Shown piece after piece: positions 27,301-39,700 of a stretch of 64,000 nucleotides of DNA. The DNA lies in contig OX597829.1 of the NCBI GenBank assembly GCA_951406725.2, forward strand, positions 3,410,001 through 3,474,000, in the 5' to 3' direction. Source of the DNA: Octopus vulgaris. Its lineage: Eukaryota. How positions within the stretch are numbered: the stretch's first letter is position 1; each line of letters starts with the position of its first letter. The translations under genes and the position numbers were made by a program. Below the pieces are notes generated by a model. The model was not told the origin of the DNA. It saw only the letters and a list, made by a program, of their open reading frames with translations, and made no database searches.

Positions 27301-30300
27301 GGTGGTTAAGCATATTTTTCTCAAAAAGTTTTTCTTATATGTATCCAATAGTAAAACAAAAGTGAATGTCATGAGTGGATTGATTTGTATATAAATTTAT
27401 CATCAACACGAGCAGTATTAGTTCAGAATAACATCCTGTATACCTTACTTTATGTGGTGTGGTGGTCTTCTTGAGAAAGCATATCATATAAATGTATAGT
27501 GTTAAAAAGCACAGAAATATCAACTGCAGATAAAAAAAAAATGTCTTGCAGTAGAATTGCTAGGTTCAGAATTTCTGCATATTTGCATGTCACCTGTAAT
27601 TAGGTATCCACTGTTAACTGCATACTGAGACAAATTTTGCTTCTACCTGTATAGAAAAACAGTGATTAACGAATCACTAGTGTCGCAAATAGTTAGTAGG
27701 ATGGAAACAAATTTATTATTGGTCACAGAAGTATTATTAGTACCAAATAGTAATCTGTATATCTTAACACGAATATACTGTAAGAAAGTCCCAACACTGC
27801 CATTTGTGACATCAGTGATTTGTTACCCACTGTTTCTCTATACCAGTAGAAGTAAAATTTGTCTGAGCATGTGGTTGATAGTGGATACATATTACTGATG
27901 ACATGTAAATATTCAGAAATCCACAGAATCTAGCAATTCCACTGCCACTGCTGGACACTTTCACTTGCAACTTGTACCTCTGCTTTTCTTTAGCACTGTA
28001 CATTTATATGAGATATTTTCTCAAGATGAATACTGCAGTGTTGTGGTTTTCTTACAGTATATTCACCTTTAGTAATATATACAAAATGCTATTCTTTACA
28101 TGATTATTTGTACATTATTTGTATTTCATGCTTCTTATTTTTTGTGTCTCTTAGAAATTATATTCTTGTGCTGATTAAATGAAATCATTGTTACTATTAA
28201 TCTTTTTATTATCGAAACTGTTATCAATATTAAGGGTGCAAAGTCTAGTTACCTAGTATAAGAGAGGCCATAAGAAAATCTGTGTCAGGGATGGCAATTT
28301 CAGAATGACACTGATGCCTATGAATGTTAACAGAATAAAGCAAAAAAAAATTTTGTTTTTGTTATTGGTGATGGGGGCTCGAACAGGTTAACAAATTCAA
28401 CTATACAGTCACATACAGACAGGAAGGATTTGATACAAGATAGTACTGAGTTAGACATAGTGATTGAGGTGTCAAGCTATATTTTGGACAAGTATAGAGG
28501 TGAAGTTGAGATCATTTTTCATTAGTAATGTGAGTTATGTGCATAAAGAAGAGAAGTAAACTATTTGTGACATGTTGGCACCAGTCAGATTCTTTCTCCT
28601 GATTTTCCCAAAGAGTTTCATAAATGGTAACTGACAGTTGGCTTCAATGGTCTCAAGCATTTGAAGTGCAGGTGATTGTAATTCTACACTTAGCAACCTT
28701 TTCTTTTCCAATTTGTTAGTGTGTAAACTCATTCAATAGGCTGATTGAATTATAATAGCTGTTATTTCTAGCAAATTAAGGAACAGCATAGAGGATTCTT
28801 TGGGTGGCTTTTGTGAACATTACTTTGTGTGTGTGTGTGAGAGAGAGAAAACAATGTGTCTATCTATGTGTAGAGAAAAGAATGCTGGATTAATTTTGAA
28901 GATGATAATTCTCTTAAGATCCACATAATCCTGCAGATGTTGAAATAAACTTAAATTTCTGACAGTAGATATAGCCATTGTAGTAATAAAGTGGTAGTGT
29001 TGTGCTTATACACTTCCTTCTACTCAGTGGTGCTTAGAGAATTATTGTCTCTTTCAAAATGATGGTGTAGCAACTGAAAATGGTGAGTGGATTAGCAGAA
29101 TCGTTAGAGCATGATTTGCAATGCCTTGTAATATTTTTTTCTGATTGTGATTGATTTAATCAGCTGATCCATTGTGTCCTTTTGCTTGTCAGAAATCATT
29201 ACTAGTGATAACTAGTTCTAATAGTAGTGGTAGTCATCATCATCATCATCGTTTACTGTCCGCTTTCCATGCTGGCATGGGTTGGACCGTGCAACTGGGG
29301 TCTGGGAAGCCAGAAGGCTGCACCAGGCCCAGTCTGATCTGGCAATGTTTCTACGGCTGGATGCCCTTCCTAACGCCAACCACTCCAAGATTGTAGTGGG
29401 TGCTTTTTACGTGTCACTGGCACAGGTGCCAGACAAGGCTGGCAAACAGCCATGATCAGATAGTGCTTTTTACGTGCCACCGGCATGGAAGCCAGTCAGG
29501 GCGGCGCTGGCAATGGCCACGTTTGGAGTACAGCCATGTAGTAGTAATTTTAATTCTGTTTATGATGATAATAATGGTGGTAGCAGTTGTACCATTAGCC
29601 CTAACCCTTGATGCAGAATTAAAATTTATATATGAAATCCTGTCAACATCATATATTTGTGACAAATCTGTAATTTTGTTATTAATAAAACTTCCATAGG
29701 TATTCTAATGTTATTGGGATTCCTTTCGTGTAAATGCATGTTAAACCAACAGCCATCTCTCTCTCTCTCTTACACACACACACAAGTGCATGTATATATA
29801 TTCAAACATACAGCTAATATATTCCTACAGCATATGTAGTCAACTAGATAAATAAATAAATGAAAGCCTGTTAACCAGACCACCCTGAACCCATTGACAA
29901 CTCTGATATGGCCTTTATGTGCTTATATGATAGGTTTTCGTGGCAGCACCTATGTTGCTCACAAAGTTCATGGCTTCAACTATGTACCCTTGGAACCAAG
30001 AGGCTGCCAGCATATTTTGCCAATGTAGTATTCAAAAATGCATTGGAACTGATATAAGAATTCTTTCCAAACATCTAGAAGATCCAAAACTATAACAGGT
30101 TACAGAAATAATACACATACAGGGAGATTAACCAAAAGTATGCTCAATGGAATGAATAAGGGTAATAGGTAAAGCTCTACAATTATAGTAATTACAAGAA
30201 TAAGGATTTAGATTAATCAAAATTCAAATCTTTCTGTCCTCCTCTTGTTTCTCACTCATATTTATAGCAGCACTGACAAAAACTGGCATGCTTCAAATAA

Positions 30301-30572
30301 AAATAATTTTCAATACAAAGGAAAGCCAGTATGAAAGCTCAACAGTAATCCCCTCCACACAGATGCATGCCTGATCACACATATGACACCCGGTAAAATA
30401 GAAAAACGATGATGGTGGGGTGGGGGGAGAAATCGTTGCAGACTGGGAAACCAATAAAAGCTAAAGTAGTGTGACAAGAAACATGACTAAAACTATTGGA
30501 CGTTTTTAATAAAAGACCCTCCCAAAGTACAGAACACATGCAATATACAAATATATGCTTATTTATATAAAA

Positions 30573-30621
<49 letters not shown>

Positions 30622-30643
30622 GTGTGTGTGTGTGTGTGTATGC

Positions 30644-30682
<39 letters not shown>

Positions 30683-30828
30683 AATGTAAAAAAATACAAA
30701 CTGAGACAAGAACGCAAAGCATTTAGAAGACGATACAAAAAACACGGATGGGACATTCGAAGCCTTCAATCTTCAGTCAAGAACCGGATCATCCTCGCAA
30801 TTTCGGCTGATTAATTTTGAGATATATA

Positions 30829-31000
30829 GATCGTTAGCCACTATACACATTTTTCGTCTCGTTTTTTCTGTGTCCCTTTCTGTAGAAGAGCATAGGCTCG
30901 AAACGTAAAAGACTTTCTATTCCTGAACGTTATACTAATACATCTGTTTGTTTTGTACACCACCTGTCTTCGTCTTTTGTTTTTTTTGTAAACTTTCCCT
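30829..31000 (+). mobile_element. Solo terminal-repeat copy of the Penelope-like element
   Basis: Reverse complement of 13603-13779 with few mismatches; flanked by TA microsatellite. Confidence 0.85.
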
Positions 31001-33399
31001 ATATATATATACACACACATACGCATGCATGTTTATATTTTTGTGTATACACACACACATACGCATGCATGTTTATATTTTTGTGTATACACACACACAC
31101 ATGTATATGTGTGTATTAGGGTCATGAATTTGCAGAGTTGTTAGAGCACAAGACAATATTTTGTGGTCGTCTCTGTGTTCAAATCTTGCTATGGTCAACT
31201 TTTTCATTCAGGAGTCCACAATGTACCTTTGCAGTGGACAGGTGGAACTTAGAAGAATCTCAGACAGTATCTCTTGTATATGTTTCAGCTCTTTGCATTC
31301 TGATTTCAAATCCTGCCAAGACCCACACGTCTGGTGTACTTAACCCATTGCCCAGTTTAACACTAACGTCTAACACCTTTATCTTTAGAAGGACCTGCTC
31401 TGTTTGTAAGCATTTAGGCTCAGTTTCTAGTTTCATGATGCCCTTTCCCCTCCTTTCCACCATCCTTAGATACCATGTGGAGTCAATAGTACCACCATCT
31501 GTCCACTTAAAAACCCCCCAAAATGTAGCATATTTAACATAAGTACTGAGATATACTCTTCAAGGTAATGTACTGTATTGCTGCAGTCCAGTAACTGAAC
31601 CCAATAAAAGTATATGTATATAGGTAGGTGTTTGTGTGCCTATATATATATATATATATATATTAATTTGTTTTACGTCTGTTTTTCCATGCTGTTATGG
31701 GTTAGATTAATGAATATCATTGAGGCATTGTTTCACAGTTCGATGCTCTTCCCATTACTCACTCTTAATCTGTTTAAAGGTATTTTTTCTTGCAATCCAC
31801 TGTTTTAGAAAATCGAGTGGATGATTTGACACGGAATATTGACAAAAAGCACAATTTCCAGCTCAACACTTACCGTCGTGAATCACTGCATGCAAACATT
31901 TACACACACGATCGGCTCCTGTTTGTCTGAGTCACTCTCCAAGCATTTGTTGGCTCAGAGCTAGTGTAGCTTAAGTAAGGAGCTAAAATGAAACACGTTG
32001 TTGGGAAGAGATCTAAAAACCATACAGCCGATACCCGTTTGTGTGTGTATTTCCACTCCTATTTTCCCATCTTAAACTTTCACTGAGCTTCAATCAAATG
32101 CATATTTACTGTGTATGTCGAATTGACTTTTTTTATTTTTGACTTGCCTACACACACGCGCTTGTGTGTTCCATATATTTTTCAATTTCTCACCAACATA
32201 GAAAGAACCGATTTGGAGCCTAGAAAAATGTTATTGGGATTAAGACATTATGTATGGATATGCCTGTGCATTTTCACACTTAATTTGGTCCTTCCTCTCT
32301 TGTTTTGTGAATCCTAGTTTCTCAAACTTTGCTACTGAGGCAGTAGGTCATGCAGTCTACAATTATTGGTAGAAATATAAAACTATAATGTCCGGTTGGC
32401 ATTACTGCAGTTTTCTCGATAGTCCAGTTGTATAGATATATTCATTGTCACATCTGTTGTTCAACTACTGTGCTTCTAGTTTCTTTCTACTGTCCGAGAT
32501 CGTTATGTATAGTTAGGTTTACATTTTATTGATGTCTTGACAGACACATTCTATCAGTACTCTGGTTAGGTTCACCACACCATTGTACCTTCCTACATAA
32601 CTCCTCAAGTTTATCCTTTTTGCAGGTTTCGTTAATTATATAATGATTTAGTTGCAACATCATAGTATATAGGTAGGTAATACGATTAGGATATTTTTGT
32701 GTGGGCGAGATCTTCAGTAGGTTTGCTGCATTTGGGTAGTTTATCTACACCCTGTTCCTTCTGCGAACCAGGTATTTTGTGATTATTTCTTTGTGTTGCA
32801 AAAGTATAGTTTTCAGAATGAGAGCCATCACGTAGTAATTGATGTTTGCTGTCAATTGGAAAAGATTTTTGAGAATAAAACTGTGCTTGATCCTTATACA
32901 ACTTTTCTGAAGGACCTGTATAGTATAGTTGTGCAACTCACCTTGAACATTAGTCAGGAAATTTTTTGTGAGAAGTCCAAGTCGTATGATGTTTTGACCC
33001 TATCCATGCAGAGTTGGTCAACGGTCGGACCGATGTTGTCGAAGGGTTGTGATGTGACATTCAATGAATGTATGTACGTGTTAGAATGCATGCGCGTGAT
33101 GTTTGTGTATACATATATGCGCGCGTAAAAATACTTACACACTTGTATATCATTCGCAGAAATATTACAGTTTATCAGCAATTATTTCTTTGTCTTGACA
33201 CTCCACCCCACAATATTACACTATTTTCTTTTTGTCTTATATCAACAATGGGTTATCGTTAGCTTCAACTGCTAGATATATTAGCGAAAGGTTTATGAAG
33301 TCACCCTCTCAGCCACTGATTTGCGCTTCGGATTAGTGTAATCAATTGGTGAATATTATACCATCAAAATGTGATAGGGTAGAACCAGAGAGAGAAGTA

Positions 33400-34459
33400 G
33401 GTTGTTGGTGCAAACCACGTGACTTGGTCTATCTTATTTAAGACTCAAGAACTGTGTGTGTGTGTGTGTGTGTGTGTAATACTTTTATTGTGCGTATGTG
33501 CTTCAGTACAGTATAGATACTTTAATGAGAAAATTAACCAAACACCTTGACCTTCATTGATAAAGTAGAAGGAGCGAAAATGAAATGTATTTTACAGGAA
33601 TCTCGTCACTTCAATTAATGTATAATTTAATTGCAATTACAAAATAAATACCCCAAACTTGTCTTTGATGCAAATAATGCCACCTACTCATCCTCCTCCT
33701 CATTTTAATTTACATATGAAACATTTAAGTTTGTTCTCGTCGAAATTTAGGGCTGTGTACGAAGAATTCAAATTGTATATTAGCGGACATTGAATATATT
33801 TTTATGTGTAAACTTGCAGCTTGTAAATTAGAAATAATCTAGTTCTTTATAAGCTTAGTAATACGGCGGCATTTTATAGGCCGGTCGTTTGATGTCGAAC
33901 AAAATGAATTCCAAACTAATTAAGCTTTGTCATTTGTCTTTCTGGGGTCGATTGATATAAAATAAACTACCAGCCAAGTTTGGTATCAAATTACCGATAG
34001 TAGCTTTGGTCTTTGTTAGAAAATGATTTACAGTGTATAACAATATGAAATTAATCTCTCTCTCTCTTTCTACACACAACCTATGAATGTTTATTGGTGC
34101 ATGCATCAGATTATCGAAGGGATATGGATGTGACATTCAAAGGTTGTGTACATATGTATCTATATATGCTTATGTGTATGTATACGTGCATCTGTGTCAC
34201 ATACTTGCGCATTCACAGTAGTAATATAACATGGTTAAGAGTAATCGATAGCGTAAAAGCTAATAATATAAATTGAAATTTTACGCCATCGTTACTCCGA
34301 GGTTTTGCGTATATTAATTTTTTAGATTTCATTTAAAGGTTTTATTTATACATCGTGTATTTGTAATGTAATTTCTTAGATTGCTGAACAGGATTTGTAT
34401 TTGCAGTTTGTAAATACGGTTGGTGCCGACATTAATTAGTTCGTGTTTTTTTATGTGGT

Positions 34460-34490
<31 letters not shown>

Positions 34491-34582
34491 TGTTTAGCAG
34501 GTTGGTTCACGTTTTCCCCTTTCGTCAGCTTCTTTTCAGTTAGCGAGCGCACTTTGTTCCATCACTCTCGATCTTTTGTGTA

Positions 34583-34619
<37 letters not shown>

Positions 34620-34760
34620 CTGTGTGTGTGTGTGAGAGAAGAAACGGCGAAGATTGCCGAAGAAACATTTATATTGCTGGTCTCACCAGAAAACAAGAAC
34701 AGGTTGATTTATAATATTTACGGGTGCCTTCAGTTATGGTTACTCTCGGATGAGAGTAAC
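33400..34760 (+). promoter_or_regulatory. Probable domino promoter / non-coding first exon region
   Basis: Visibly more CpG than the surroundings, GA/GT repeats, upstream of the first coding exon (which has its own splice acceptor); possible donor cag|gttgat at 34702/34703. Confidence 0.35.
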
Positions 34761-34768
34761 CATTTTAA

Positions 34769-35456
34769 TCCCAGTGTATAAAATAAGGTTGTCGGGTTAG
34801 TTTTATGTGGATCTTTCTTCCTTATTTGTTGCCGATTTCAAATAGATTATTAAAATCACACATAGCACGCACATTGCAGTCGAGACAGGAACTCTACACG
34901 AGGCTGTTTTAAGTATGCCATACATTTTACATTCAGTGCGTGTATTTACGATGTAGTTTTCATTTTATTTCAATCATTTTCACTGTATGTGTTATGTTTG
35001 GTATATTTCGACTGGACTTGTTATATTTTGTTCGTAGCTGAATTAATTTTTCTGTGACGTTAATAAAACGAATGCCCAACATCCTGTAGTACTTTATTTA
35101 TGTTGTATGTTTACTTATTGGTGAGGTTTACATTGAAGTGTATTTCTTTCATTTATGATGTTTCCTTCACCACCCTTAACTACAAAACGTTTATGTAATA
35201 CTAAACGGCAGTGAATCCAGCAATTTCCCATACATGAAAGACACTACCTAGACTGATAAATTCTGATATCTTTTTTTTTTTTTAAAGATAAATTACTCCC
35301 AGTGTATAAAATAAGGTTGTCGGGTTAGTTTTATGTGGATCTTTCTTCCTTATTTGCTGCCGATTTCAAATAGATTATTAAAATCACACATAGCACGCAC
35401 ATTGCAGTCGAGACAGGAACTCTACACGAGGCTGTTTTAAGTATGCCATACATTTT
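34769..35456 (+). repeat. 160-bp direct repeat (34769-34928 and 35297-35456)
   Basis: Copies identical except one substitution seen (ttgttgcc/ttgctgcc). Confidence 0.95.
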
Positions 35457-35966
35457 TGTAGTCGAAATGTTAAATATTTAAATGACGTGATTTGAGTAAA
35501 TATATATAATTAAAGACCTATCCGTTATTAGCCATTTCTTCGGACATAGTGTATCTAGGATTACATTCTTTCGTGTCCTTCCTTATTAAGAAGCTAGGGT
35601 ATTTTGAGGAGGGAGATTTATCAGTTATTTTTGTAGCTAAGTTTCTGCGGCTCTGGTGTTGATATTGATATTAAAGTCTCTAAGTGATTTACTCTTAACT
35701 GATTAGTAGTAATTATAATATCCATAGTATTTATATTTCGCATCCTAATAAACTTTCGTTTCGTTTGTGTTTGTATCATTTTTATAACGACTATTTTGTA
35801 GTTGATAAAATTTAGATAATGCTAAATCTCTTCCAGAATTAGTGAAAATATTCACTTGTCAAGACATAAATTACAAAAACACAACTTTTCATTCTTTAAA
35901 TTTTCAAAATTTACTTATGATTCTTTAGATTTTTTTGTTGTTGTTGTTCTTGTTGTTACTTGTTCA

Positions 35967-36032
35967 TCGAGTTATTTACAAAGTAACTTCGAGTTATTTA
36001 CAAAGTAACTTCGAGTTATTTACAAAGTAACT
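35967..36032 (+). repeat. Perfect 3 x 22-bp tandem repeat tcgagttatttacaaagtaact
   Basis: Direct reading. Confidence 0.95.
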
Positions 36033-36566
36033 TTTAATTCCTAAAAAATCGAGAACTCTTAACTGCAGAAGAAAATTAATAATTTCTCTTTTTGCGTTTT
36101 AATTTTTCTTCAAATGTTTTGGTATTAAATACTCAGAATGAGTCTTTTCTCTTAATATATTATTGTGTTCCACAATACAACACTGTTTTACTATCATAAT
36201 TCCCTTTAAAAATTGTTCAGGGAAGTGAAAGGCCCTCCTCTCACTTATTCATTTCGCACTAAAGAAAGTGGATTTTGTGTGAATTATGGGGAAAAAATTG
36301 TGTGGTATAGATAGAAGTGAAACTAACAAATTTTAAATATTTAAATGTAAATACCAAAAACTGATAAATATTTTCCAAGTGAGAGACTTCATAAATAAAA
36401 ATTCAATCAAATATTTTAATTTAGATACAAATGAACCAATGTTAGTTCAATACTTCAGGTACTCGATTGTTAGACATTCTTTGATTTCCTTCTATTTCTG
36501 TTTTTCTGTAGTCTTAAATGATATCTATTTTCCTTTTTTGTAGTCGAAACATCCCAGCTTGGTACT

Positions 36567-36738
36567 ATGCAGAGGGACAATGATGTCAGCAATGCCTTGA
36601 AGAAAACAGTTGCAAATGTATCGGGCCTGGCATCCCAGCAGCAGCAGCAGCAAAACTCTTCTGCTGGGTTCAAGCAGAATGTTTTACAGCATTATGTGCT
36701 TACACCACATGAAGCTGAGCCAGATAGGCAGGCAATTG
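36567..36738 (+). CDS. dom: domino coding exon 1 ([10 protein letters not shown]...; acceptor before 36544, donor gtgagt)
   Basis: Polypyrimidine+tag acceptor, ATG at 36567, open frame with polyQ; phase 1 matches the next exon. Confidence 0.75.
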
Positions 36739-39700
36739 GTGAGTAAACTCTACACTTTCAGTATAGATATAGCATGGTAAGAAAGGTTACAGCTAAAATA
36801 TTAGATATAATGGGAGATATCATCTATGGCTCAGTGATTAACGCAGCAGACTCGCGGTTTCAATTCCCAGACCAGGCGTTGTGTTTATTGAGCGAAAACA
36901 CCTAAAGCTCCATGAGGCTCTGGCAGCGAGTTGTGGCAAACCCTGCTGTACTCTTTCACCACAACTTTCTCTCTTTCTTCCTGTTTCTGCTGTACCTGTA
37001 TTTCTAAGGGCCAACCTTGTCACACTGTGTCATGCTGAATCTCCCCAAGAACTGCGTTAAGGGTACACGTATTTGTGGAGTGCTCAGCCACTTGCACGTT
37101 AATTTCACGAGCAGGCTGTTCTGTTGATTGAATCAACTGGAACCTTCGTTGTCATGATATATAGGTAGGTGAGATCATATGAAATAAGGAAAAAGGGGTG
37201 TTATTAGAATAGGGAGTTAGTGTTAAAACAAATGTATGTTTATGCAAGTACTACATAGGGACTTATATAAACCAGGACTGTTAAAATCAATACACATGGT
37301 TCAAATCCTCAAAATGTAATGAACATGGATAGGAAATTTTTAATCATACTTGGTCAGTTTTCCTGAAAGTGATTAAGATTGATTTGGGTTATAAATTCAA
37401 GCATTCATTAATTTCTTAGATTTTTGATTACTTGAAATATCCATATTGATGTAATAATATATTTGAATAAATAAAATGGGTTTATTTTTTACATTAATTT
37501 TAATAAATGAATCTAAATTTGTTTTCTGTCCTTGTTTCTGTGTTTTGCTAATGGATTTATATTTTTGTTTCAGAAATGTTTTCTCCTGTTTCAATACAAA
37601 GATCACCACAGCCCCAGACTCCACTCCAAGCAGCTGCAGCAGCAACAGTTGTAGTTACACAGCCCAGTACACTTGCTAGTCATTCAACTTTGTCAATACA
37701 GGATGCAAATGCAATCCAGCAGGTGCTTTCAATTGCATCTTCAGCTGCTCGTTTACAAACGCAAGCACAACCAAATATGTCTGGAACTATTCATCACCAT
37801 GGGCAGCAATGTCAGTTGAGTGTATCTGGGAGTGGTATACCACCACTTTCTGTTAATGTAGCTAACCATCAACAACCTCAGCCTGTGTTTGGAATGAGTT
37901 TACCAACTCATCGATTCACTCAAAGGCTGCCATGTGGCACAAGTTCGGGAGCAAATGTCGCTGTAACAACAGATGCTAGTGTAACCTCAATTACTTGCTC
38001 ATCTCTAGACTCTTCACAAGTGCTCACTTCAAGTGCTGGCAACTTCTCACTTAGTACGTCGGCATCAACATCTACAACAGTTGCACCACCTAGAAAACGG
38101 ATTAAACTGGAAGAGAAGCCTCCTAGTACACCGGAAATAGCTGCATATAGGAAAAAAATTATAAGCCATAAACTTAAAGAAATGGCTGAATTAAAAGAAA
38201 ACTATTCTGAACATTGGACAGAATGTTATTTTTTAAATGGTAGTGGGAATATTATGGATTTCCACCATTGGAAGAAACGTCCTCCATTACAACTTGTTCA
38301 GTTTTTAAAAGCAAAATCTTTGGACAGTGATGATGAAGATGAAACATTGGAATTGGACTCCTCAGTAAGATATGATTTTCTTTTCATTTCTAGAAAAATA
38401 CACCAAATATTTGCAGTTTTAGTATATGGCTATTATATTGTTTTAAACATTTTATCCACAATAATTTGAAATGGCCATTTCAGCCTCAAATATTTTGTCT
38501 TTTATGTTAAAACTGGCCAGATTTGGCCTCTTACACCTACCCTACAATGTCATTCTAAAAATAAATAACCATATCAAAATCTCATAGCTTCAAGATTATA
38601 TATGGTTCATTCAAATCAATGTAAATAAGCTTTACATTTGACTGTAATCTTAACACTAAAGAGTCCATACATTTTATCCTAGTTATACAAAGATAAAATA
38701 TATTTCCCATTATTTCATTTTGTGTGCAGAAACTGGGCACACAGCCTGTTTCACGTTTGCGTTTTATCTGTCTTAGTAATATTGTAATCGGTTTGGGATG
38801 TCCAGACATTATCTAGTAAGATCATCATGAATTTTATGTAACTCCTGAAATGTTTTATACCAAAAATTTAAGACCAAAATGTCATTGGGTTTCCATAATC
38901 TGCTTTTAGATTAACTTTAGATTATAACTTTACATTGTAAGAAACGGTGTAAATATGAACTTTCATGATTAGCCTAGGACTACAAGGAATGTCTGAAAGC
39001 ACAAGAAACTGGCTTACTGTTTTCCCCTGGTTTATCTTACACCTTTAGATGTATCTGATAAGTTAGATTTGTTACTTAACAATTTGTTACTTATCAATGA
39101 ACACCTCAGTTTAATTTGCCAGGTTCAAAATACAGAATTGTTATCAAACCAAGTATTAGATAATTTAATCAGATATGATATCATCATTAAATGATGGTGA
39201 TGACACTAACGACTATTGTTGGGTTTACTTCATTTCATTTAATGTTTAGCATGTAAAAGAAAGCGATAGTGGTGGTCATCGTAATTTCCTAAATCCTGAT
39301 TTTTTTTTTTGTTTAGGATGCTAACACAGTCATTACCACAGAAGTGTTATTTCTGCAAGATAACATACAGTTTACAAATTTCAACTCTAAGGCAGTTCAC
39401 TAGCTTATCACCCCCACCCCACCCTCATTTATATGTCAACTACTGATTCTTGTACATTTAGCTTTTTTTTTTTTGTGTGTGCACGTGGTAGTTAGAAAAT
39501 CTCACAATATTGTTCACTGAAATTTGTATCTTTTTGTATTTTCATTATCAACACACACATTCTATATTCAACTCAAAGATTCACGTTTATACTTCGAGAG
39601 CTGCATTTAGAAAGGCAATGCATAATTAATCTGGCCATCCACCTGTTTACAACTTGCTGTTGGGATAAAGATGAAGCTTAATGCTGTTATTTGTCTTTTG

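Noticed and set aside
32793-33128. 111-aa non-repetitive ORF with a possible acceptor near 32816
   Set aside because: No recognisable homology or linked exons; a chance ORF cannot be excluded.
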